Shown: positions 46,897 to 58,719 of the stretch, piece after piece
Layout: the number at the start of each line of letters is the position of its first letter
How positions within the stretch are numbered: position 1 is the first letter of the stretch
NCBI RefSeq assembly: GCF_009914755.1
Contig: NC_060928.1
Length of the DNA: 64,000 bases
DNA from: the human T2T-CHM13v2.0 reference genome, Homo sapiens
Reading direction: 5' to 3' (one strand)
Made by a program: the position numbers and the translations under genes
Notes under the pieces: model-generated
Told to the model about the DNA's origin: nothing
Seen by the model: only the letters and a program-made list of their open reading frames with translations
Database searches by the model: none

Positions 46897-47050
46897 CATT
46901 GCTGGACTTAGCAAAAACATACAGGATGTCCAGCCTAGTTAAATTTGAATTTCATATAAACAATGAGTACTTCTTTAGCATGAGGACATCCCAGTGAAAA
47001 ATTCTTTGTTGTTTATTTGAAACTTCACTGGACGTTTGATCTTGCAACCA
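46897..47050. mobile_element. MER53-like palindromic hAT MITE
   Basis: ttagcaaaaacatacaggatgtcc...gttaaatttgaatttcatataaacaatgag...tcttgcaacc. Confidence 0.65.
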
Positions 47051-47099
47051 ACTCCCTTACTCTGAACAGATGACCTTAGAAGGCCATCAAATGGAAACT

Positions 47100-48500
47100 T
47101 TTAAAATCTATAGACCTGCACATATCCACATTTATCATTTTTCTCTTTTACTTGTATTGCAAAAAAAAGTCATACCTATTTTCCCTTCCATGGCCAATCT
47201 TTCCACTTTAGGTCCTATACCTTCCTACCTTCTCTGTGGGAATTGAATAAAGAACTGAGCCTCTCAATTTTCCAAATCTTCAAAGGCTCTCTGTTTGACT
47301 CAAGGGTCCCTTAAATTAAAAACAAAAACTAAAAAGGCCTCTGAATTTACCTCTCTCTCCACTTTTTATACTCTCCCTTTTCTTTACAGACTCCTCACTT
47401 TCTGTCTGCCTTTTCGGCTGTTTTGTTCCTTCCCTGCATTGGCTTCTTTCCCCCTCCCAGGGAATATTGAACATTGCTAGTCACAGGGTTCTTCAAGACC
47501 ACATCTCAGTTTACAGAATTCCCATGGGGGATCTTGACAATCACCACCTAGCTACTCAAGACTTCCTCGTCTTCATCTAAATCAAGATCTCTCTGAACTC
47601 TAGACCTTGCCTGTATCTCCCTCCCAAATATCTCTCTTTGGATATTTGTCTTGCACCTCAAACTACCATGTCCCAAACTGAACTCATCCTCCCTTTTTAA
47701 ATCTCTCTCTCAAACAATGTTTTGCTCTTGGTAGGGTAGTAAATGGTGTGGTTACCTACCCAGTGTTCTAAATCAGAAACCTGAAAGCCGATTATATATA
47801 TGTAGTTCGTGACCAATTCTTGCTTGATTTAGTTTCAAACATTTTTAAAAATTCATCCACCTCTTTTTATTCTCACAGCCACTCTACCCTCTTCCTTGGG
47901 ACACAGCCATGGCTTTCTAATTGATTTACTTTGTCTTTGGTCTTGTCTCCACCAATCTATTTTCCAACAGCAGCCTAAGTGATTTTCCAAAACACAAGTC
48001 TGACAGTGTCATCCTTTTGCTTAAAACGCCTGCAGAAACTTTCTTTTTGTTGTTAGAACAAAGTCCAAATTCCTAACTATGGTTGATAAGGAAGTCCATG
48101 ATTGGATTCCCCCACCTCTGCTCCCTGGCTCTCTACTAGGCTACATTGAAATCCTTGTATACCATATCTCACTCATCTCTGGTCTGGGTGTTCAGACATG
48201 CCATATCATTTTCCTGGAACAGGTTACCCCTTCTCTTTGCTTGGCTTACTCTTACTTCTCATTTGGATTTCTCCCTAGTTATTACTTCCTCAGGGAAATG
48301 CTCTACTAGATGCAAGTTGTTCCTTTAGCTTCATTCACAGATTTTTTTTATGCCTGTTTAATTACTTGTCTTAGCAACTGAAATATAAGTTCATAAAAGA
48401 TGACACCATTACTGTCTATTTCCAGCTTCTAAGACATTGTCTTGGCACAGAACAAATTCAAAAATAAATAGTTATTTTCTATATAAATGTATAAATAAAT
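47100..48500 (+). mobile_element. L2 fragments
   Basis: cacctcaaactaccatgtcccaaactgaactcatc and aaagtccaaattccta. Ends in ...aaataaatgaata. Confidence 0.65.
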
Positions 48501-48566
48501 GAATACACAGATATGATGACAGAGCTAGAAGGGTTCGCTTTAGGCACAATTTCTTAATTAAAAAAT

Positions 48567-49462
48567 AAGCTAATATCCAGAATCTACAAAGAACTTAAGC
48601 AAATTTACAAGAAAAAACAATCCCATCAAAAAGTGGGCAAAGGATATAAACAGACACTTCTCAAAAGAAGACATTTATGCAGCCAACAAACATATGAAAA
48701 AAAGCTCATAATCACTGGTCATTAGAGAAATGCAAATCAAAACCACAATGAGATACCATCTCACACCAGTTAGAATGGCGATCATTAAAAATTCAGGAAA
48801 CAACAGATGCTGGAGAGGATGTGGAGAAACAGGAACGCTTTTACACTGTTGGTGGGAGTGTAAATTAGTTTAACCATTGTGGAAGACAGTGTGGAGATTC
48901 CTCAAGGATTTAGAACCAGAAATACCATCTGACCCAGCAATCCCATTACTGGGTATATACCCAAAGGATTATAAATCATTCTACTATCAAGACACATGCA
49001 CATGTATGTTTATTGCAGCACTGTTCACAATAGCAAAGACTTGGAACCAACCCAAATGTCCATCAATGAGAGACTGGATAAGGAAAATGTGGCACATATA
49101 CACCATGAAATATTATGCAGCCATAAAAAAGGATGAGTTCACGTCCTTAGCAGGGACATGGATGAAGCTGGAAACCATCATTCTCAGCAAACTAACACAG
49201 GAACAGAAAACCAAATGCCACATGTTCTCACTCATAAGTGGGAGTTGAACAATTAGAACACATGGACACAGGGAGGGGAACATCACACACTGGGGCCTGT
49301 TGCGGGTTGGGGGGCTAGGGGAGGGATGGCATTAGGAGAAATACCTAATGTAGATGATAGGTTGATGGGTGCAGCAAACCACCATGGCACGTTTATACCT
49401 ATGTAACAAACCTGCACGTTCTGCACATGCATCCCAGAACTTGAAGTATAATTTAAAAAAAT
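48567..49462 (+). mobile_element. 5'-truncated L1PA (PA6-8-like) 3' end
   Basis: ORF 48877..49248 is the L1 ORF2 C-terminus. 3'UTR ends cccagaacttgaagtataatttaaaaaaa. Confidence 0.93.
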
Positions 49463-50053
49463 GAGAATATGCATAACATATATGAAACCTATAGCATAAT
49501 GGTACAAAGTATATCCTCAAACTCACCATCCAACCTAAGCTGGAGCTAGAGCATTACCAGGAGTTATCACTTGTCTTTGGGCTCTTCCTCTTTTAAAGAA
49601 ACCATTAGTGGAATTCAATGTTCTTTACTTGTTTTACCCTGTAACACCGAATTCCCATTATTGTCTCCATGGTTTCTGCAAGTCTACTCTCTTAGCATGC
49701 ACTGATTCGGAAGCTGTCCCAAAAGGTCTGTTTGAGCACTGCCTGAATTGTTCTGAGTATTGTGGAGGGCACAAAACAGATGTAAGGCAGGACTCCTATG
49801 TTCAAGGAACTTATTCTGTAGGGAAAAGAGAGCTAACACACATGAAAGTAGAGAATATATGATACTGACTAGAAGAATTATGAGATTTCCAAGAGAGAAA
49901 AGATAACTGTGGACCAGACTAGCTTAGAAAACCTTTTATCCTCCTTTATAAAGGAGGATAAAAATGAAGTGCATATTGAAGCATGCCTAAATATGAGCAT
50001 TTGGAGACGAGGAGTGAGACATTTAAGAGGGGAAGAACTACATTTGGTGGTGG

Positions 50054-50643
50054 TGTAGTTGAGCATTACTGTATTGTTTCATTTATTTTTCTTGCTCAGA
50101 ATTCTTGTTTCACTTCTTCTGGTACTACTGCAGTTCTTTTTGCTGTTGAAATTTCCTTTTCCCAATTCATAAGATTTGGAGGGGTTGCCGATGGCTACAT
50201 TTTAAATCCAGTCTTCCCATTCAAGGACTTAGTCCAACCACAATACCCTATGATCCTGGTGACAGTGATTGACTCAAAGATGGGTATGTGACCTAGGGCA
50301 GGCTAATTATATGCCTTCCCTGGGATTTCATGTATAAGTGCTTGAAAAGAACATTTCTCTTTTCTGTTAGGCTGCTGCTGCTAAAATGTAAGCCCGAAGC
50401 TACCTCTGGCCAGACTATCTCTTCCCTCTTCTATATATAGGAAGTTTGTCTGCAGTTGGAGGAAATGACTCCTCACAGAGAAGGAGAGAGAGAGTGAGAG
50501 AACCACATTGTTTCTGGAGTTCCTGAAGCCATCTGTATACTTTGTTTTACTGTTCGTGTGGTTAACATACCCCTTTCTTGTTTAAGCTCATTTGAATTGA
50601 TTTCTGTTGATTTTATCCCATTAGAAAAGTACTTAACAAAACA
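50054..50643. mobile_element. Old MLT1-type (MaLR) LTR
   Basis: TG...CA termini with cagtgattgactcaaagatgggtatgtgacc and tttaagctcatttgaattgatttctgtt motifs. Confidence 0.55.
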
Positions 50644-51148
50644 GGTAGTGGGCTAAAAAGTGGATGTGGTGGAGATGGAAAGTGTAGAGAAGGACTGGAA
50701 TGGAACACTGGGATTGAGAAAAAAAGCACAGATCAGAAACTAGTATCTGGAGAAAGAAATGACAGTACTTTGTTGGAGACTGGACACATCCAATATGGAA
50801 GGAATAAGATCAAAAATGGAAAATCCAGGAAATTAGTGGACTCACTGATAGAAATGGAAGTAGTTGAAATGAGGAAGTGGATTTGAAGGGAAGCAATAAC
50901 CAAACCATGACATTTGAGTTCCTGGTAGAGGTGGGACTTTGCCAGTCTATGGTTTTGGTGACACAACCCATGCTATATTGGTCTAACAATGTGAAGTACA
51001 GGAATGTAACCTAGTCATGCTTTGTGTCAGCATTCAAGGGAATATGATAAAAAACTATAGACATTTGGCTTTTCAAATACATTCTTTAGATTCTTTTCTC
51101 TCCTTTCTCTTCCTATCTAAAGCATGGGAACGATTTGTAGCATAGAAT

Positions 51149-51337
51149 AGTGTTTCTCAAAATGTGATTCCTGCATCAGAAGCTTCAGAATCACCTGGGA
51201 ACATTTTAAAAATACAAGTTAATGAGCCTAACCCCAGAGCAAGGGCATCAGAAACTCTAAGGGTGGGTCCAGGAATCTGCATTTTAACAAGCCCTCCAGT
51301 TGTCACTGATGCTCACTAAAGTTTTAGAACTGCTGGT
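51149..51337. mobile_element. MER5A
   Basis: gtgtttctcaaaatgtg...aatctgcattttaacaagccctcc...aagttttagaactgctg. Confidence 0.8.
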
Positions 51338-53003
51338 GTAGAGTATTCTTTCCATGTTGGCTCTACAGCAGGTGAGGCAGTCCAACATACAGTGCTATGA
51401 TTTTGCATCCTAAGAATTATTCCCTTAGAAAAGTACATTTTCACTAAAGCTATCATTCAAAAACTATGTGTTGAGAATGTTCTATCTGCCAGGCATTGTT
51501 CCAGGTACTTTGGATTTTGCAGTGAACAAATTTGACACAGTTAATCATAATAATGCCTATATTTTAGCAATTAAAAGTTATGCTATGGAAGTGACTGCCA
51601 GGGGACCTGAGTGTTGGTTAGGAGGTTAGGAAGCTGTTCCTAAAGAAATGGCATTTAAACTGAGAAAGAATAGGAAGTCGTCTGGAGAAGATCCAAGGAG
51701 GTAAGGTAAAGCCATTCTAGGTCTTGAAAGGGGTAGGTCTGAACACTTTCAGGGAATTGGAAACAGACCAGCATGAAAAGGTCATAGTTAATGATGGGTG
51801 GTGGAGCTAGAGAGGCAGATCTGATAGAGCGATCAACAGGGACTTGTAAATATTAAAGATTTTGCACCTTCCAGTGAGGGCGATTTACAGGCCATGAAAA
51901 AGTTTCAATCATGGGCTAACATGATCTGATTCATGTTTGTTTGCCTTTTAATTAAATGCAATTCCTTTTTCAAAAAAGCAAATACTTTTCCACTGCACTG
52001 TGGAAATAACTGTGGGTATAATAGTATGATGAGTTAAATTCCCTCTAAGGTATAATAGGCTGGTAGAGATACTGTCTCTGAAAAAGGCTGTGATGAAGGA
52101 GGCAAACAGAATAGAGTGTGCATGTGGGGACCAGAAGCCAGGAACAGAAAAGGAAGAAGGCTTAGGAGCTTCTTTCTTTTTTGTGGTTGTGGCTGAGACT
52201 GCTCCTTCTATGCATGTCTGAGAGGGCAAGTTCACAGGCAATTGCTGCTTCTCTCAGGGGTCATTGTTTTGCCTACATAGAAGACCCTGGTTCTCAGGCT
52301 GTATCCATTTCTAGAGATCATATATATCTTTTCTCCTACACAAGATCTTTTGTAGTGATTTAATTCACTTTCCAGGCATCACTGCTACCTCCTTGAGAAT
52401 AATTCCAAAATCTCTATGTCCTTCCTGACCTTGAATAGATTTTCAGTGTTTAATATCTTTAGTACCTTGTGCTAATACATTGTGTTAAAAAATGCACACA
52501 TGCCGTTGTTTAGTGTCAGGCTATGTATAGTTCACTAATTATTGAAAAATTATACACGCCCAACTGTGACTGCTCTTCTGCAGTTCAATAATATGTCTCA
52601 TATTGTCTGCTGGACAGCTGACCCTGGAATGTCATTGTAACCACAAATAGCTTGCCTGTAATTGAACTCACTATGTCTTTCCTAAATCAACTTGCCTCTG
52701 TCTTCTGCCTCTGTTCATTAACATCAACATTTACTGTTGTCCCAAGTTCCAAGATTTGGAGTCATTCTTGACTCCTCTATCTTAGGCTCTCACCAAATCC
52801 AAACTCTGAGATTGTCCTCATTCACTTGGTGGAACGCTAATTTGCCATTTGTTCTTCCCTTTCCTTATCCATTATTGTCCTAGTACTCTACTCAACCCAC
52901 AGGATAGTGCCATCTCCTAAATCTAGGTTCCTTTATCAGAGACACTGGTGACTACACTGTGTATGTGACTTCATTAAGCCTATTTTATTTAGAAAAGGTC
53001 TTT

Positions 53004-53087
53004 CTGTGTGTGTGTGTATATATATATATATATACGTATATATATAATACACGTATATATTTATATACACACACATATATATATATT
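53004..53087. repeat. Compound (TG)n(TA)n microsatellite
   Basis: Direct inspection. Confidence 0.85.
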
Positions 53088-54129
53088 TTTTTGCCCTGGA
53101 ACCTTTTTTATTCTTAAAGGAATATTATGTAGAACCCCACTATGTAAGAGACATAATCATGAAGGTATTCTGGCTGAAAATGGGCTGAGGGAAGCACAAT
53201 CCCCTTGACCTGCCTCAACTTTAGAGGCAGCCTCTTTGGAACTCAAGAGATCCATTGAGGGAGTTTGAAAACATGGATTTACAGCATAAACAACTCTGAA
53301 TATGTAAGTTTTCTTCAAAATGTCTTATTTTAAAGAGTTATTTTTTATCAATGTATGCAAACTTTCCAACCTAGTCATATAAGTTCATGTAAAATTCATA
53401 AATGCAAGTGCCAGTGTCCCATCCCTGTTGTGCTAATGGCATTTCCCCCGCCTTGAGTTCTAACGTAAATTCTATTTTTCTCAGCCCCAGTACCTCTTCT
53501 TCTTTAGGGGTTTTCTAGATCATCCCAGATCTCAGCAAATCTTTCTTCAAATCCTGCAGTATTCCTTTTCTTACATTCTTCCTGTACTATCTTATATGCT
53601 TTTTTTCGAGTATGTGTTCAATCTCTGCCACTTAGATCATAAGCCACTTAAGGGAAGAATCAGGTCTTTTGCTACTTTTTATCCTCAGCATCGAGTATAA
53701 CATGCTGCCTGTAGCATTTGCTTAGTTGGTATATTTTGATGGTAATCTCTAGCAGGAAATAATACCTATAGGCTCATCTATCTCACTTTCATTAATAGAA
53801 GTCTAAATTAAATATCCTGTCTTTGAAAATGTTTCTCCAGAGTAGGGTTTTTAAGTAAGGAGAACCAGTCACTACGACTTTAATTGCAAGCATTATTTTT
53901 CTCTCCAATTACCATTTAGCCTACAACTAGCTTCTTTGACTGTCTTTCATTAGATTATGTTGGAAGCTAGATTTAGGGAATGACAACAGATGGTTGCAAG
54001 TGGGAAATTCTCCATTCAGACTAGAAAGAGTGGTTTAGTCCATCCCCTAACTTTTCAGCAAACATACATATAGATCATAATTAAAAGATTATAAGAAATT
54101 TACATTTATAGGTAAATTACACGGTGACA

Positions 54130-54640
54130 GTTTCTTTGTAAATCCCTTTTAAGTCCTTTAGCATGTTTCACATGGCCCTGTACAGTCGAGCCCTCTCCAC
54201 TTCTCCATCCTTCTCTCTACCACCCATCCCCCTATTCACCACAACCTAGCTGCAATGGCAAGCTTTACGTTCCCTGAATTGCCAAGCTCCGTCCCTCCTC
54301 TTGTTTCCTGCTAGTGGCAGCCTCTGCCTAGATGGTCTTCCCTGCTTCTTTCCTGATCAATTCCTGTCATCCTTTGAGCCTTAGCCTGCTTGTCACTTAC
54401 TTAGAGAGTTTTTGTCTCATCTCCCACAATAGGTTAAGCTTCCTTGCCATGTGCTTTCATAGTTCTTATCATAATTATAATTATATATCAGCTGTAAATT
54501 AATTTGTTTTGGGTCTCTGTTCCATATTAAATTATAAGCTGTAAGATGTTAGAAACTATACAAATCTTATTCACTATATTATTTTCAATGTCTAGAATAA
54601 AGCTTAATGCATAATAGATGCTTGAATACATAAATGAATG
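54130..54640 (+). mobile_element. L2 3' end
   Basis: aagtcctttagcatg...atagatgcttgaatacataaatgaatga. Confidence 0.6.
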
Positions 54641-55667
54641 AGGATTTTATGAATGACTATCCTATAAAACTTTCAGATAAACAAACCATTCTTATATTAT
54701 TCACATGTAGAGTTTAATTCTTCTCACTGCTGCCCTCAATGGACATGAGCAGCCTTCTCTGGGTCACGTAATTCACACGAACATGCATACATATTTTATG
54801 AAGTAACTTCTGCTTTTATAAAAGCAAAGCAAAACATAACAAGTATTGCGCAGTGAAAATCTTCATTTGCTCTCATACAGAATCTAAACAGCTTAAATGA
54901 TTAGGTATAATATGAAAATGTACAAATATATTTTTTTGTTTGAAATTGTCTCATTTATGCACACTAGCTTGGATATTCCTATAATTCTTTTTATGTAAGG
55001 TTATTTTGAAAATATATGCTGTTGAGTTAAAAAGAGCAAGAACGCTGCCACATAGCTAGAAAATATCCACATGTTGAAACCTTTCGGTATATGTTTATCA
55101 GTAAAGTTAATGTGGCCCCCTTCCCTACAGGCTCTTGCAACCCCACTGATACGTCCCTGACCTGTTTCTGTGTCCTTTGAGTCTTCAATTACCCTGCTGA
55201 GTCAAACAATTGGAGAACAAATTAAAGCCAACTGCAGAGAATGTTATTTTCTGATACAAAAATCTGACCTTAAAGAACTCAAGCCTTGAATATCTTTCTG
55301 TCAGGATGCCAGCAAATTTGCATTGAAAAGTCTAACATTTCACACAGTCTCACTCTTAATTCCCCCACTATTACTGTCATAACTAGAATGAGTGCAAGAC
55401 TCAACTGAGTCAGCCCCTTTACCAGGATAAATCATTATTCAGTTTAAAGGAAGGGGATATCTAATTGTACTTGGTAACAGCTTTCAAACCCATGTTTACA
55501 TCTGCATTATTCTTTTCATACCCACCTTTTCTCCTTTTATATCCAATCAGAAAAAGAACAGTGTAAATAAATGTTAAGTTTTGAGGGTAGGTGTCAAACA
55601 CGCACCTAACTCACTGCAAAAAGAACTATATATGGATGACATCAAGCCTTTCTCTACAGTGACTGAC

Positions 55668-56435
55668 CTGCATACTTCTAAATTATCAGACCCATCGTCA
55701 TAGGTGGCAGGAGGCTTCTGAACAGGGTTATTCACCTGGAGCCCTGCATCATTCATGTCCTTGCTGCCTTCTGGAACTCCCAGTATTTCAGTGCTGGAAT
55801 CTGTTTCTGAAAATGTCTTCTTCATTATTTCATTTTTCCTAAGACTTTGCAAGAGCTGAGGATCTCTGTGGTGATATCTGCCTTTGCTCTTCTCATGATT
55901 CCTTGAGGATCTCTTAATTTCAGAGGACCCTTGAGTCAGAGAAGGGTTGCATTCTTGGTACCTTGTATGTTTTCCTCTGTGGAGATTTAAAGAGCAACTC
56001 TCACATTCAATCAGCTCTTGTTGCTCTTTACCTTTGGATCCCAGATCAACGAGCTCAATTCCGTTAGGAGTGGAAGACCCAGCTAAGTTTTCACACGGCT
56101 TATTATTATTTCTCCTCCTTCTTCTTGACAGTCTGAATTTAACCTGGGCTCTTCTTTTTGCCTGAATCCAATGACTCTCATCTGTGGAAGATGAATCTGA
56201 AGAATCTGTGTAAAGCTCCCTCCACCTGGGGCTTGAGATTTGAAGGTGAAAGTCATTTTTTCTCCCTCTTATTTGTTCTTCTGCAGCATGCTCATATCTC
56301 TCAGAGGCTTTTCTCCTCCTCCTAGGTCTTTGTATTACTGATTTCTTACCAGACTCCTTCCTAGCAGGGCTCAGCACCATGACAGGGGTGCAATACTCAA
56401 ATGACTCTTCTGACATGTCATGCAAGATGGCAGAT
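55668..56435 (-). CDS. MARCHF1: MARCHF1 768-bp in-frame cassette exon (256 aa, basic/Ser-rich, probably disordered; long isoform)
   Basis: Acceptor tctgtctag|ATCTGCC at 56436/56435 and donor TGCAG|gtcagt at 55668/55667. Length 768 = 3x256, phase 2 at both ends, stop-free (inside ORF 55574..56635): R-SAILHDMSEES...SDNLEVC-R. Confidence 0.88.
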
Positions 56436-56710
56436 CTAGACAGAGCAGCAGGCAAAGGATGGGAAATGGGAATGGAGAGGAAAGCCATGGAAAAACAGAG
56501 AGAGAGAATGATGAAAATGACAGCATGGACCAGAAGTAGATAAATAAAGATCAACTGAAGAAAATGAACTAAATGAAAAAAAATAGCCAGTATAAATTTT
56601 CTATGGACCATGTAAAGCAGAAGCAAGAGACACACATTCTCAGAACAAACAACAAGAATACGAATATTGATCCAAAGAATATAGATTAAGATAATTTGTT
56701 CAGCACTTAC

Positions 56711-56790
56711 CTGCAGATGTCCTGAGTGGATGGACAGACAGACAACCTTGACTGGCTCCTGGGAGCTGTCCCTGTTGTTGGGCTGCTTGC
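56711..56790 (-). CDS. MARCHF1: MARCHF1 internal 80-bp coding exon ([27 protein letters not shown]), used by isoforms with upstream exons outside the window
   Basis: Acceptor gtttctccag|GCAAGC at 56791/56790 and donor AG|gtaagt. 80 nt = 26 codons + 2 nt. Peptide matches recalled MARCH1 isoform 1. Confidence 0.92.
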
Positions 56791-56901
56791 CTGGAGAAAC
56801 AAGTTAGATAATTTGGCATCTTGGTTAAGGTAATACATGGTTGATATCTTGCTTTTTTTCCACATATTTAAAAAATTACAACAAACGTGGCTGCTGGTCA
56901 T
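56711..56901 (-). CDS. MARCHF1: MARCHF1 alternative coding first exon (short N-terminus isoform, [10 protein letters not shown]...QDIC-R)
   Basis: ATG at 56901-56899. Translation [63 protein letters not shown] matches the recalled MARCH1 isoform-2 N-terminus. Ends at canonical donor TGCAG|gtaagt (phase 2) at 56711/56710. Confidence 0.9.
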
Positions 56902-57100
56902 GTTGCTTATAATGCAGAACAGAGAATATAGGAAGTTTGAGGTTGGTTTTGCAAAAGTAAAACTTATTTGAGGAACCTGGAACAGCTGAGATGCTGCGCT
57001 ATTTTGCTGTTACTTCATTTACGAGAGAGGAAGATGATTCCACAAGTTTCTATTCTATTTACTGTAATCATTTGAGTGGAATAGCTCAATTTGCTTTGGA
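56902..57100 (-). promoter_or_regulatory. MARCHF1: Putative intragenic promoter / 5'UTR of the MARCHF1 short isoform
   Basis: Lies immediately upstream of the isoform ATG, is free of recognisable repeats, and contains ETS/PU.1-type GGAA cores (AGGAAGT about 56930, GAGGAA about 56970 and 57027). The TSS cannot be placed from sequence. Confidence 0.4.
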
Positions 57101-57499
57101 AACAAATGAATAATACTTGAAGATCCTATGATACATGGACTAAAGCACTATTATGTGACAAGGATAATAATAGTCTGAGAAGTCTAATCAAACAGCCATT
57201 AGGTTGCTAGATACTTCCTGAAGCTAACATCAAGGCCCCATGAGATATTTGAAAATACTTTGTAATATTTAAAAGCCTGAATTTATTGCTATTAAAATTT
57301 CATTAATGAAACTAATAAAATATATCCCTTGCAACACTATTGGCCTTTCATATCTTTTAACCCTATAACCATACTAAGTCTGAAAATAAGAAAGCCTGAA
57401 ACATCAGATTATTAGCATAAAGTTGAGTGCATTTCACTAAAGTCCTACCTTTGAAACAGTATTTTCTTCACTCTATTTGACTTTAACCTGTTGTATTTA

Positions 57500-57880
57500 A
57501 TATAGGTTATGATGATAAATAAAAAACTAGAATGTAGGGATAATTTTCTATGTTCCAGGCATTGTGCTGTAGCTTTATTTACTGTCTCTTTAATTCTACA
57601 ATAATCTCACAAGTGGAAAGTAATAATAACTAACAGTTTTGAGTGAATAATATGTGCTTATCAGTGTTCTAAGCCATTTCCATATATTCATTAATGCTCA
57701 CAATAAATCTTTGTAGTAAATACTATAATTACATACATGTTACAGCTGAGGAAACTGAAAAATTGGGGCTGCTTCTCACTGATAGGTGGTAACGCTGAGA
57801 TCTGGACCAGGTATCTGGCTCCACTATGGGTGGAGATCTGGGTCCAGATTCAGGCCTGTTTGACTGCAGAGATGAAATGC
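57500..57880 (-). mobile_element. Two MIR fragments in tandem
   Basis: tttaattctacaataatc... and ttacagctgaggaaactga cores. Confidence 0.6.
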
Positions 57881-58046
57881 ACAATTTCGTCACCAAGAAA
57901 ATAACAGTAAAGGTAAAAAGATTACCCCAAATTTCGAAGTCATTCTAAAAATTCTCATATTGGAACTATGTAATCATGATTCTGAAATCCAGAGAAAAAG
58001 GAACAAATTCTAACTCAAGAGATCAGGTCATATTTGAAGAGAAGGT

Positions 58047-58475
58047 ATAGTAGGCTAAATAATGGTCCCCCCAAATATCTCAACATCCTAATCTTTGGAT
58101 AGTGAATATTTTACCTTTTATGGTAAAAGGGACTTTGCAGATGTGATTAAGTTAACCATCTTGAGTTGAGGAGATTTATGCAAATTATACTGGTAAACCC
58201 AATGTAACCATTAGGATCCTTATGAGAGGGAGGCAGTAGAGTTAGTCAGAGAGAGAAGATGAAGAATATGAATAGAGGTAAGAAAGGAGGAAGATACTAC
58301 ACTGATGGCTTTCAAGGTGAAAAAAGGGAAACCCTGAGGAAGGTGGCATGGGGAAGCTTAAAAAGGCTAGAAAATGAGTTCTAGAGTTTCCAGAAGGAAT
58401 TCAGCCCTATTAACATGTTGATTTTAGCCCAGTGGGATCTCTATTTGGCTTCTGACCTCTAGAACTATAAGACGA
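58047..58475 (+). mobile_element. MLT1C/D LTR
   Basis: aataatggtccccc...ggtaaaagggactttgcagatgtgattaagttaa...cttctgacctctagaactataaga. Confidence 0.8.
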
Positions 58476-58719
58476 CAAAGCCCCAGGGAAATGCAGATGC
58501 AGAGACTACTGGATCCCAGGACGTGATGTATTCTGGTGGTGGCTCTGCTCTCAAAATGGTGCCATGTTGCAGCAGGTTAGGTCCCAGGAGGTGGGGGGAT
58601 CCCTATGATAGTAGTTATAGGAAATTAATAAGGAGGTAACGATCCAGCTAATCTTAAAAGGCAAATAGGAATTATTTTAAAAGCTTAAAAATATTTAAGG
58701 TAGAGGAAACCATTTGTTA

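Noticed and set aside
55574-56635. 353-aa ORF as a stand-alone single-exon gene
   Set aside because: Canonical phase-compatible splice sites define a 768-bp MARCHF1 exon inside it. The flanks are intronic read-through.
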